Source: Octopus bimaculoides (Eukaryota). Taken from it: a DNA stretch of 51,965 nt. Positions 1 to 11,225 of this stretch are shown in pieces. The first letter of the stretch is position 1, and every line of letters begins with the position of its first letter. The translations under genes and the position numbers were made by a program. The notes below the pieces were generated by a model. The model was not told the DNA's origin. It did no database searches and saw nothing but the letters and a program-made list of their open reading frames with translations. Where the stretch lies: NCBI RefSeq assembly GCF_001194135.2, contig NC_068986.1:11736599-11788563 (forward strand), read 5' to 3'.

Positions 1-42
<42 letters not shown>
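1..42. repeat. (GT)n microsatellite
   Basis: Direct reading of a perfect GT run at the window start. Confidence 0.95.
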
Positions 43-43
<1 letters not shown>

Positions 44-45
<2 letters not shown>

Positions 46-195
46 TGTTCCCGTAATTTAGCGATTTGGCAAAAGACACCAATATCAAACTTAAAAAAAA
101 ATGAAGTACTGGGGTCAGTCTGTTCGACTAAAACCCTTCAAAGGGATGCCCTAGCATGGCCGCAATCCAATGACTGAGACAAGTAAAGGATAAAA
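44..195 (+). mobile_element. 3' part of tRNA-derived SINE
   Basis: Matches the 3' half of the full-length copies at 36012-36390 and 36700-37058 (ttggcaaaaga...gtactgggg...ttcgactaaa...agcatgg...gactga..caagtaaa). Confidence 0.75.
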
Positions 196-489
196 CGATC
201 AGGACCAAGCTATCAGTCACCATGTAACAGAATAAGTCTAGCCTAGAGGTGTCTGCCCTTGGGCAGATCCTGTGCATGTAACCTTCTCCAGCCCTCCCTA
301 TACGACCTGGGAGGGCCCGTATCTTCTCCTACTGCTATCAAGTAGATTACTGGTACTTCGGCTCCCGTGGTTAGATGTGGGATGAATACTGGAGTGGTTG
401 CCCATTGCGTTCTCCAGGCAGGTGGGATTTGAACTCGGAAAGTAATGAGCCAGAAGGTATACTGAAAAGCATTTCTGCCGATGCGCCAA

Positions 490-630
490 CAAACCTGCTA
501 CTCTCCTACCCGCTGAGCAACGTGAAAGGAAGAGTTTTGCTCAAGAACACAACGCGCAGCTCGGTCCGGGAACCGAACGTACGATCTAGTGATCGTGAGT
601 ACAACGCTCTCACCACAAGGCTACAACGGA
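490..630 (-). mobile_element. SINE 5' head fragment
   Basis: Reverse complement gives a tRNA-like head (tagccttgtggtgagagc...gttcggttccc) followed by ttgtgttcttgagcaa, as in 1031-1350. Confidence 0.55.
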
Positions 631-1030
631 ATCAGTAACATCGGACAATCAATGTTGTCTCCGTGAAATATATTTGTCGACAAACACGAAGGTATTAAGT
701 AGCATGATTTTTACGGTAAGATTATATGAACAAGTAAACAGCACTTTCTCAAATCAAGATAGCATATATCTGAAACAAGGTGACATTACAACATGTTATA
801 CGACACGGCGTAAAACAAAGCTAGATTAATAAAAAAAAAGAAAGAAAAAAACGCAAAATAACTATGCCTGATAACACTGTTATCTTATATATGATAGAAT
901 TACTTAACGCACGCGCACACACACACATACACACACAGACCACAGGGAAATTGACCGTAGAAGCTGTATTAAAATACAATACTAACCACTGACGTAGTTC
1001 ACCTTGACTAAAAAAGAAAAAAAAAAAACT

Positions 1031-1350
1031 GGCACTCCGTCGATGGCGACGATGAGTGTTCTAGTTGATCCGATCAACGGAACAGCCTGTTCGTGAAATT
1101 TATGCGCAAGCGGCTGAGCCCTCCATAGATACGCGCACCCTTAACGTAGTTCTCGGGGAGATTCAGCATGACACAAAATGCGACAAGGATGGCTCCCTTT
1201 GAATTGCAGGTACAATGCATTTTTGTCAGGTGAGTGGACTGGAGCAACGTGAAATAAAGTGTCTTGCTCAAGGACACAACGCGCTGCCGGGAATCGAACT
1301 CATGACTTTACAATCGTGAGTCGAATGCCCTAACCACTAAACCACACGCC
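1031..1350 (-). mobile_element. tRNA-derived SINE (family also at 9358-9724 and 13145-13385)
   Basis: A-box/B-box head on the minus strand (gtggtttagtgg...gttcgattccc); 3' body near-identical to 9358-9520 (cccttaacgtagttctcgggga...). Confidence 0.85.
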
Positions 1351-1530
1351 TTCTCATCCTGGATATTAGCGTGAGGAGGCCTGGATGAGTTTAAGTTCTA
1401 CTTATTTTTATCTGACGTCAACGTTCAGTTAAACTTTCAAGTCGTGCCAGAACGAAAACTAAAACGACTCATAAAATGACGATTGCTCCATCTTGTCAGA
1501 TGACAGTCGTCTCACATCCACAGCCTCATT

Positions 1531-1681
1531 GTTACCTCCGCCTTCTCTAAGGCGGAGGTATTGTTTTCAATCGTATTTGTTTGTTTGTCTGTCTGTCCGT
1601 GGACAAGATATCTCAAGAAGAGCTGGATGGATTCGAATGAAATTTTCAGGGATGTTAGCACAAACTGATTAGATTTTGGAT
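1531..1681 (+). mobile_element. Helentron/HINE (DINE-1-like) non-autonomous element, 5' part
   Basis: Subterminal 12-bp hairpin tacctccgcctt-ctct-aaggcggaggta (1533-1560) followed by a (TTTG/TCTG)n microsatellite and a ggatggattcgaatgaaattttcagg core, which is typical HINE architecture. Confidence 0.65.
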
Positions 1682-1683
1682 TA

Positions 1684-1886
1684 CAGTAATCCCTCGACTA
1701 TCGCGGGTGTTACGTTCCAAAACCACCCAGCGAAATAATTAAAATCTAAAAAAAATACAAATACCTATCGGCTGCAGAAATCCGCATATACTGAGGAGTC
1801 CGCGATATAAAATTTACATATATTAGCCGAAAAAATCCGCGATGTACAGAGTGCACGATAGGTGAACCGCGATTTGGCGATTACTG
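1684..1886. mobile_element. Tc1/mariner-pogo (Tigger-like) MITE
   Basis: TA target duplication (1682-83, 1887-88); imperfect TIRs cagtaatccctcgactatcgcgg / ccgcgatttggcgattactg; sits directly against the HINE fragment. Confidence 0.7.
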
Positions 1887-1983
1887 TATTTTGACTGAAA
1901 GTTTTATTTAGGAGGATCTTTCTCCTAGAAGAGCAGCTTTTCCCACGACTTTGTCAAAAATAGTGGAAGGTTCTACCTCTGGA

Positions 1984-1986
<3 letters not shown>

Positions 1987-2054
<68 letters not shown>
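1987..2054. repeat. (CT)n(CA)n microsatellite
   Basis: Direct reading. Confidence 0.9.
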
Positions 2055-2201
2055 GTATATATCGAAAGGGAGAGAAGGGGGAAGATTGATAAAGTGAGCG
2101 AAAATGGGAGAGAACACACAAGAAATAAAACTGAGTATTGATAGAGTGAAATCTGATGTATTGTATACCAAATAGTACACACACACACACACACACACAC
2201 A

Positions 2202-5200
2202 TGTAACGTGCAGATGTGAGTGTACATCGGAGTTATTAAGTGTAATGGTAAGCTGTAAAGGATCACCATATGCAATGTACTAATGTAAGGTTCTCGCGGC
2301 AGAGGTATCAATCGTATCGCACAGATGAAAGGTTATTTAGTACTAGCGGGACCCGTGAATATTTCACGGAGTTGATCGTAAACCTATCGGGTTATTTCTG
2401 AAAACTTTATCCAAAAACAAACCTGAGAGAGCGTAGACTGTGTTGTGTCTGCATCAAAAGATAGTCAGTCGTCTGCTAATCATTGAAAAGTGAAAGAAAT
2501 TGGAATACGATGATTACATAATTCACTTTATATATACACTTTATATACTTTATGCACAACTTTATAGACTTAATACACAACACTCATAAAATAAATATTC
2601 ACTTTTATTTTCCCATTTTCCCCATAAAGAAACTACTCCGTACATATGATACAACCTTTAGTTAAATAGCATATATCGGCCACGTAAATAAGCGTGAATA
2701 TTTCCCGCAACTGCACTTATGCGCATGCGTTAAGTGATAGGTGATATAAAAAACTTCGTTCAATTGAAAAAAATCAATGACTATCCAATCACCACCACCA
2801 CCACCACCATCTCTTTCTCCTCTTCACTTTCTCGCTCCTCCCTCTCTTCCTCCTCTCTCTCTCCCCTCCCTCTCTGCCTTTCTTTAGCCTCACCATCAGA
2901 ATATCATCCCTCTGCTAAAACTGTATCTCTAACTCTCTCTATATCACTACCTTCAACAAACTTTTTAACCACGTAATAAATATTACATCCCCCTACCTTA
3001 TGTCATGGACGCTTCTCTCTCCCTCTTTTTATTTCTCCCTCTTTCTGTCTCAGTCTTTGCCTTGTCCTCTTTTTCTCTAACCACGTGAAAGCGTTATCGA
3101 CGGGATAAGTAACGCAATGACAAGCAAAATTGTTATAAGATAGAAATAGCGATTCTTGTTCCGCGTCGGCTCGTTATAAGTAGATAGTCGAAAGTAGGAT
3201 GAAACAGCATAATAACAACATCGAAGAGGAAAGAAATTATATTCACCAATTATTTTGCTAGCATTTGCTAGTTAAATATACATAGTACTAACTGCCGCGT
3301 TGATGGCTCGCTTGTAGATAGTAGCGTGTGACCTGTGCGCTCAGCTGAGTGAGAAACAGGAAGAAAGGGTAAGGATTGCGTTGTCCCTTTCCATTGAGCC
3401 GATGTTATGCTGTGCGCGAATCCAATTGGTCCAGGCTGGAGGTCTGCCAACCGAAGAGGGCGAAAGAAAGACGGTGTTAGTTATATAGGGAATGGCTCGG
3501 AAGTAGGTCAAGCCTAAAACAAAGGCCTTTAGTGACCAGCAAAGGTCCTAGGAGGTCAGATGTTTCGCATTAATCTTCCAGCACGGAGATAGAACACAAA
3601 GGAATCAGACAGTCGTCTGATAAGCAACAAGTGTGTAGATTGGGTTTCCAATCACAGTTAGGCGAGGGCTACGCGACTCTTACACTACTTCCCCCGTAGA
3701 AAGTTTCTAAAAAAGGAATTGAACGAACCAAAAAAAAAAAAAAAAAAAGAATTGAACGAGTGCATGTGTACCAGTAATGAAAAATCAAAACAATGTGCAG
3801 CATGCCAAAAAGGCACGTGAAGAATTTTTGGCAGAGGTGTGCCTGCAGTGTGAAAGTGGCTGAAAGAAGTGCAGAGGCCTAATATTTCTGGCATTGTGGT
3901 CGTGTACATTTGCTGTGGGTAAGCAAGACAATAAGGGGTGAGTGACATGCTGGCATGTTGAGATAGATGGGCAAACTTTATGCATACAGTGACCAACCTG
4001 GGGTCTTACTGAAGGGCAAAAAAGCTGAACTGGCATGCACATGAAGAAACAAGGCAGTTGAGGCACAACTGAGGTGCGTGTGCGTATCTGGGTGCAGGTA
4101 TGAACATTGAGTAGTGCAAGTTAATCGATCTGCGAAACATTTAAGTTATTTATGAGCAAACATGTAGCGAAGAAAAAAAAAAACATGCGATCGAAAGAAG
4201 TGTATGTGTGTGCATGAAAAAACGAAGCGGCCAGAGACAAAAACTATAAAAATATGGAACATTTAAAAATATGGATAAGTTGTTTTCGCGGAATTGAGTC
4301 TTCGTAGAATTGAGTTTTCGCGGAATTGAGTGTGCTACTAATATAAACAAATAAGATGGATGCAGAACAGAAAGCGTAGTAAACAGTGCAGAATGTTTAA
4401 ACGAAAGTAGTACAAACTTGACTGGCAGAAGTGCCCCGATTCTGAAATGCTAAAAATTTATCACTGAAATACAAGAAAAATATATGCATGTGAAGAAAAG
4501 TTCTAGTGTCCAATAGTCTGGGTGTACGACAGTTCGAGTAGCATGCAGGTTAAGTGCAGGATACGAACGAAAAGTTTGTGGCTGCCGAAAACGTTGTGCG
4601 TGCGGGTAGTTTTTGAGCGGATGGCTGTAGAAATGTTGCGTTTGCGGGCTTCCATAGTGTCAGCGAATTCTTTGAGTTCTTTTACTTCGGGTATAATGAA
4701 GAGTGAAGCGAAACCAGTAATTCGTTTGACGGGGTCACAAAATGTAACGGATAAATGTGACGATTGTTCAAGTGACGGCTGCAATTCTTTAGCTGGAGGT
4801 CATCAAATGTAACGTGCAGGTGTGAGTGTACATCGGAGTTACAAAGTGATGTAAAGGGTTACCATATGCAATGTACGGATGTAAGGTTCTCACGTCGGAT
4901 GTACCAATCGTGTGGTACAGATGAAACATTATTTTATGTAGAAATAACGATTCTTGTTCCGAGCAGGATGAAACAGCATAATAACAACATCGAAGAGGAA
5001 AGGAATTATATTCACCAATTATTTGCCAGTATTTGTTAGTTAAATATACATAGTAGTAATTTGCGTGTTGATAGCTCGCTGGTAGTTGTGTGATCTGTGC
5101 ACTCTGCTGAGAGAGAGCGCGAGAGAGGAAGAAAGAGTAAGGATTACGTTGTCCCTTTCCATTGAGCCGATGCTATGCTGTGCGCGAAGCCAATTGGCCC

Positions 5201-5448
5201 AGGCTGGAGGTCTGCCGACCGAAGATAGCGAAAGAGAGATGGTAGTTATATAGGGAATAGCACGGAAGTAGGTCAAGCCTAAAACAAAGGCCTTTAGTGA
5301 CCAGCAAAGGGTCCTAGGAGGTCAGATGTTTCGCATTAATCTCCCAGCTCGGAGATAGAAAACAAAGGAATCAGACAGTCGTCTGACAAGCAACAAGTGT
5401 GTGGATTACGTTTCGAATCTCAGTTAGGCAGGGCTACGCGATCTCATA
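2202..5448 (-). mobile_element. Non-autonomous LTR retroelement: two ~640-bp LTRs (2202-3684, split by an insertion; 4808-5448) with ~1.1 kb non-coding interior
   Basis: Colinear direct repeats starting TGTAACGTGCAG and ending ..ACTCTTACA / ..ATCTCATA; polypurine tract GGGGGAAAGTAG (minus strand, 3685-3696) abuts the left LTR; PBS-like TTTGATGACCTCCAGC (minus strand, 4792-4807) abuts the right LTR. No gag/pol recognised. Confidence 0.8.
2341..3140. mobile_element. Helitron/Helentron-like non-autonomous insertion inside the left LTR
   Basis: 800 bp absent from the right LTR; starts (T)ACTAGC with a ccgtgaa-tat-ttcacgg hairpin, contains ACC/CT microsatellites, ends TATAAGA; no TSD. Confidence 0.6.
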
Positions 5449-5749
5449 ATATATATATATACATACATACATATATATATATANNNNNNNNNNNNNNNNN
5501 NNNNNNNNNNNNNNNNNNNNNNNNNNNNNNNNNNNATATATATATGTGTGTGTGTGTGTGTGCGTTGAGAATAGAGTGGTACCTGGAATTTTTGGGGAAG
5601 TTCCTTTTATGTATCAATCGAAAAATATGTCGATGATATGGCGGTATAAATGATTTAAATAACTTCTTGTGCGTTTGTCTCCAATTTCCATTTTGTTCGT
5701 GTGCGTGCGCGTGTACTTGTGAACGTATGTAAGCATATGGATGTTCGTG

Positions 5750-5797
5750 TGTGTATGTGTGTATGTATGTATGTATGTATGTATGTATGTATGTATG

Positions 5798-5852
<55 letters not shown>
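5750..5852. repeat. (TATG)n(TATC)n microsatellite
   Basis: Direct reading. Confidence 0.9.
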
Positions 5853-6169
5853 GTGTGTATGTATGTGTGTATGTGTATGTTTGTGTAGGAGTTGGTGGAT
5901 GTCTGTTTATATTTATAATTGTAAATCCATTTGCATGTCTACAGGTGTGTCTATAATTGTATACATGTACAGATTAACCTCGGCCTGTCTGTCGATGTAA
6001 AATAAATAAACAAACAAACAAACAAACAAATCCAATAACAACCTGGCTTCAACCAAAAACTCACGCATAACTTAATTTGGCCAACACTTTTCTCAACAAC
6101 AGGTAAACCAACGCCCATGCGGTGAATTTGACTGAGGGATGGGAAGAAAAAACAAAAACAAAAAACACA

Positions 6170-6530
6170 GTGTAGGACTGGTTATGTGGTTAAGAAACCA
6201 AGCGGTTGCAAAACCGCATGGTTTTGGGTTCAGTCCCACTGCACGGCACCTTGGGCAAATGTCTTTTACTATAGCCCCAAGTCAACTAATATCTTGTGAG
6301 TTTGGTAGAGGGATGGACAGACAGAGTTTGGTAGAGGGATGGACAGACAGACAGGCAGGTAGACAGACAGGTAGGCAGGCAGGCAGACAGACAGACAGAC
6401 GGAAAGACGAGTGGACAGATGGATGGATGGATGGATGGATGGATAGACAGACAAGCAGGTAGACAGGCAGAGAGGCAGACAGACAGACAGACAGACAGAC
6501 GGACGGACGAGTGGACAGATGGATGGATGG

Positions 6531-6570
<40 letters not shown>
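6170..6570 (+). mobile_element. SINE head expanded by (GACA/GATG/GT)n microsatellites
   Basis: tggttatgtggttaag...gggttcagtcccactgcacggcaccttgggcaa head as at 36012; body replaced by tetranucleotide runs. Confidence 0.7.
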
Positions 6571-6574
<4 letters not shown>

Positions 6575-6859
6575 CTGCTTTTGCATCACCCTGTATATTC
6601 TAACGATGGAGGTTTATATTTTAGTTAGAAACCAGATCCTTTCCCAAAGGAAGAATTCGGATAAAAAAAACAAAAAAACTAGAAGAGAACATACACATCG
6701 ATGTATGCATGCGTATACACACACATATACGTTCATAGACATGCACTCAAAACTTACACGGACATCCACATACTAAAGTAGTGTCAGCAGCATTAGCATT
6801 AACACCAGCATCAGTAGTAACTACAACAGCAACAACAACAAAACCAACAGTCGCTGGAA

Positions 6860-7545
6860 TTAATGTTGAAGAAGTTTCAAAATACTCAGGTTCGTACTCG
6901 CCAGACAGCGTAGCAAACTCAATTGAAGAATTCAGTTATAATCCAGATGAAGGGATTACCTTCTCTGCATATTTTCGAAGATACGAAGACATCTTCAAAG
7001 AAGAATGTAAAAGTTGGTCCGACGAGAAAAAAAGTATGACTACTTTTTAGAAAGTTATCGCCTGCCGAACACAAAAATTTAGTTAATTATATTCTGCTGA
7101 AGGAACCAGGTGAGATTTATTTCGATGAAACAATTAATATTTTATCGAAAATTTTCAATGAAAGACGTTCCCTGTTCAACACTCACCAGCAGTGTTTAAA
7201 TTTGGTAAAAAAAGATGATGAAAATTTCGCACTTATTCCGGAGTGGTTAACAAAGACTGTGAGAGATTCAAATTGAATGAGTTGATCCCAGCATGTTCAA
7301 GTGTTTAATATTTGTTCAAGGGCTTACCGCAAGCAAAGATGCAGATATACGTTCCCGGATATTAACAAAAATTAGAACAGCATCAAAATTTGACTCCACA
7401 TCAGTAGTAGAAAAATGTCGGAGTATTTATTATAAATCTACGACATGGCGCAAATAAAATTGAAGAGAAAGATTGCTCTCATATTCATGCGTGTCAATCG
7501 GTATTGGATAAGAAAAAATGTCAAGACCGAATCTATGTTGTAGGT
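6860..7545 (+). pseudogene. Decayed gag of a Ty3/gypsy K02A2.6-like LTR retrotransposon
   Basis: Frameshifted translation FSYNPDEGITFSAYFRRYEDIFKEEC..KL..EH..NY...CLNLVKKDDENF..GVVNKDCERFKLNEL..FKCLIFVQGL..KDADIRSRILTKLEQ matches K02A2.6-type gag motifs. Confidence 0.8.
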
Positions 7546-7549
7546 GCTG

Positions 7550-8000
7550 TGGTTTCGTCGATACTTTTAAGAGGGCGTTGAAAAAGTCGAACAACGATCT
7601 TGCACTCCAACAATTTCTAAAAGTGTACCGAGTAACACCTAATCCGAATACCCCGTCTGGAATGTCACCCGCAGAATTGATGTTTGCTATAAAGATCAGA
7701 TCCGTCTTTAATAAGCTGATACCGAGTGAAAATAGAAAAAGGCGAACAACAAAAATACTTCAAAATTCTTCAAGTTAGGAGACAAAGGTATTTTAAAAAA
7801 AAACCCTATAGTTATGGTAAAGAAAGCTGGGAAGACGGTATAATTATTAAACAAAATGTTATTTTTGGTAAAAGTATAAAAAGTGTCGAACATAAAAGAC
7901 ATATTAACCAACTTAGAAAAAGATTCACGGAAAAAAACAGCCACGAGAAATGAAATCCCCATAGAAGTATTGTATGACAAGTTTGAGGTACCAACACCCA
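7550..8000 (+). pseudogene. Integrase C-terminal remnant of the same gypsy element
   Basis: FVDTFKRALKK..LQQFLKVYRVTPN..GMSPAELMF..IRS..KL then KRHINQLRKR, typical of the K02A2.6-like integrase tail. Confidence 0.8.
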
Positions 8001-8004
8001 TTTC

Positions 8005-8290
8005 CTTCCTGTCTGAGTCATTAAATCGTTGTTTCCGAAGGGTGTCCTTCACTGGACCGAACAGCTGTGAAATCAGAGAGCCCCGGATACTGGCAGTGCG
8101 GTGAAAGTGGAACCAATGACCAGCCCAATTTCATGAAGGCTTTATTTGTTGCCACGAATATGTGTGGCTACGCTTGTCATGGTGAAGTACATCAAAATAG
8201 AGATCTGTATTTCTTGGACCGAATGGCCGGACAGGATGTTGGTGGCATCTCGCTGTCTGGATAATATTTATGAAAAACTTAAGTGATATC
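8005..8290 (-). pseudogene. Mariner transposase fragment
   Basis: Across frameshifts the minus strand reads LHHDK-RSHT..KAFMKLGWSLVP..P..P.LSDF-LFGPVKDTLRKQRFND, i.e. the HDNARPH and HPPYSPDLAPSDF regions of mariner D,D34D transposases. Confidence 0.7.
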
Positions 8291-8304
8291 AATCACTGGT
8301 GAGG

Positions 8305-8345
<41 letters not shown>

Positions 8346-8446
8346 CCTGCTGTATGAATCCATAGATGTGCAAGTCTGTTGCGTATGTGTGTGTACCTGG
8401 TATGCATATTCCTGTACGTGAACACACACACACACACACATTTACA

Positions 8447-8660
8447 CAAGGGGGTGCTGAAAATCTCCTGGGTTTAGAGGTATTGCCTGGTTGGAGACCT
8501 GAACTTCCAAGTTCTTTTACAGAACATAGAAAAACTGAAGAACTGTCGCAATAAATGTGTGAATCTGAGAGGGGAATATATTGCATAAAATCATAATCAA
8601 CTGATCCCCCTCCCTGTATTTTCTTTTACTCAAAGCCAGAAACTTTTCAGCACTCCATCG
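8447..8660. mobile_element. Mariner-type MITE
   Basis: Imperfect TIRs caagggggtgctgaaaatctcctgg / ccagaaacttttcagcactccatcg followed by TA. Confidence 0.6.
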
Positions 8661-9357
8661 TATATATATATATATATATNNNNNNNNNNNNNNNNNNNNN
8701 NNNNNNNNNNNNNNNNNNNNNNNNNNNNNNNNNNNNNNNNNNNNNNNNNNNNNNNNNNNNNNNNNNNNNNNNNNNNNNNNNNNNNNNNNNNNNNNNNNNN
8801 NNNNNNNNNNNNNNNNNNNNNNNNNNNNNNNNNNNNNNNNNNNNNNNNNNNNNNNNNNNNNNNNNNNNNNNNNNNNNNNNNNNNNNNNNNNNNNNNNNNN
8901 NNNNNNNNNNNNNNNNNNNNNNNNNNNNNNNNNNNNNNNNNNNNNNNNNNNNNNNNNNNNNNNNNNNNNNNNNNNNNNNNNNNNNNNNNNNNNNNNNNNN
9001 NNNNNNNNNNNNNNNNNNNNNNNNNNNNNNNNNNNNNNNNNNNNNNNNNNNNNNNNNNNNNNNNNNNNNNNNNNNNNNNNNNNNNNNNNNNNNNNNNNNN
9101 NNNNNNNNNNNNNNNNNNNNNNNNNNNNNNNNNNNNNNNNNNNNNNNNNNNNNNNNNNNNNNNNNNNNNNNNNNNNNNNNNNNNNNNNNNNNNNNNNNNN
9201 NNNNNNNNNNNNNNNNNNNNNNNNNNNNNNNNNNNNNNNNNNNNNNNNNNNNNNNNNNNNNNNNNNNNNNNNNNNNNNNNNNNNNNNNNNNNNNNNNNNN
9301 NNNNNNNNNNNNNNNNNNNNNNNNNNNNNNNNNNNNNNNNNNNNNNNNNNNNNNNNN

Positions 9358-9724
9358 CTCCGTCGGTTACGAGGACGAGGGTTCCAGTTGATCCGATCAG
9401 CGGAACAGCCTGCTCGTGAAATTAACGTGCAAGTGGCTGAGCACTCCACAGACACGTGTACCCTTAACGTAGTTCTCGGGGATATTCAGCGTGACACAGA
9501 GTGTGACAAGGCTGGTCCTTTGAAATACAGGTACAACAGAAACAGGAAGAAAGAGTGAGAGAAAGTTGTGGTGAAAGAGTACAGCAGGGTTCGCCACCAT
9601 CCCCTGCTGGAGCCTCGCGGAACTTTAGGTGTTTTCGCTCAATAAACACTCACAACGCCCGGTCTGGGAATCGAAACCGCGATCTTGCGAATCCGCTGCC
9701 CTAACCACTGGGCCATTGCGCCCC
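9358..9724 (-). mobile_element. Near full-length tRNA-derived SINE
   Basis: Head ggcgcaatggcccagtggttagggcagcgga...gtttcgattccc on the minus strand; 3' body shared with 1031-1350; CpGs intact. Confidence 0.9.
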
Positions 9725-10162
9725 CACGACACACTATATTACAGGTAGGCAAAAGAAAAATAATGAAGACACAAGGTTGGTCAACTTCCGTATCCGATTC
9801 GGATTTCTAGCTTAAAGTAAAATTAAAATATTTCACTTACTGTGGAAATATTCCATGAGATAAATTTTCAAACACTCGAAAATTTATCTCATGGTACAGA
9901 GTTTACCAACCTTGTGTATTCATTATTTTTCTTTTGCTTACCTGCAATATAGTGTGTTATTTCTCGGAGATCTTAAGGTGGTTATAGAAGCTTTAGCTCC
10001 TATTTCTAGCAGTTGCGTGGTGAGGCGTAAGCCAAACTCTTGTAATAATTATGTATACAATTATAAAATATTTTATAAAATGTACCTACTGAGGTTTTTA
10101 TTTCCGCACTGACCACCTGGTAAAATTATTGATTTTACCATATATTAATATANNNNNNNNNN

Positions 10163-10198
<36 letters not shown>

Positions 10199-10279
10199 CA
10201 ATGAAGCAACACACATCTGTGTGCAAATGTTCCATGCATATCCACTATATGAGTGCAAATTAATTCTCCTTGCTGCACT

Positions 10280-10570
10280 ATATATGCACACACACACATA
10301 CACATATACACATACACATACACACATACATACATATACACACATAAATACACTCATACACACATACATACATACATACATTCAGACACATACACCATAC
10401 AAGCATATATACACACATACACACATACATACACACATGCATACATACATACATACATACATACATTCACACACATACATACATACATGCATACATACAT
10501 ACATACATACATACATACATTCGCACGCATACATACATACATACACACATATACATACACACATACACAC
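10280..10570. repeat. (CA)/(CATA)n compound microsatellite
   Basis: Direct reading. Confidence 0.9.
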
Positions 10571-10708
10571 TAACATAAATTCAAGCTAAATGATGTCCTA
10601 TTTTATCTTTTCACGAAAATATTATTTCATAAAACATGACATTATTTCCTCATAAAATATTCATTAGAAGCTATTTTATCATTTCATGACTTTATTTCAA
10701 AACTTATT

Positions 10709-10752
<44 letters not shown>

Positions 10753-11180
10753 TCATATATATATACATAANNNNNNNNNNNNNNNNNNNNNNNNNNNNNN
10801 NNNNNNNNNNNNNNNNNNNNNNNNNNNNNNNNNNNNNNNNNNNNNNNNNNNNNNNNNNNNNNNNNNNNNNNNNNNNNNNNNNNNNNNNNNNNNNNNNNNN
10901 NNNNNNNNNNNNNNNNNNNNNNNNNNNNNNNNNNNNNNNNNNNNNNNNNNNNNNNNNNNNNNNNNNNNNNNNNNNNNNNNNNNNNNNNNNNNNNNNNNNN
11001 NNNNNNNNNNNNNNNNNNNNNNNNNNNNNNNNNNNNNNNNNNNNNNNNNNNNNNNNNNNNNNNNNNNNNNNNNNNNNNNNNNNNNNNNNNNNNNNNNNNN
11101 NNNNNNNNNNNNNNNNNNNNNNNNNNNNNNNNNNNNNNNNNNNNNNNNNNNNNNNNNNNNNNNNNNNNNNNNNNNNNNNN

Positions 11181-11225
<45 letters not shown>

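Noticed and set aside
4503-4812. Overlapping 93-96 aa ORFs in the LTR-element interior
   Set aside because: No gag, protease or RT motifs; likely chance ORFs.
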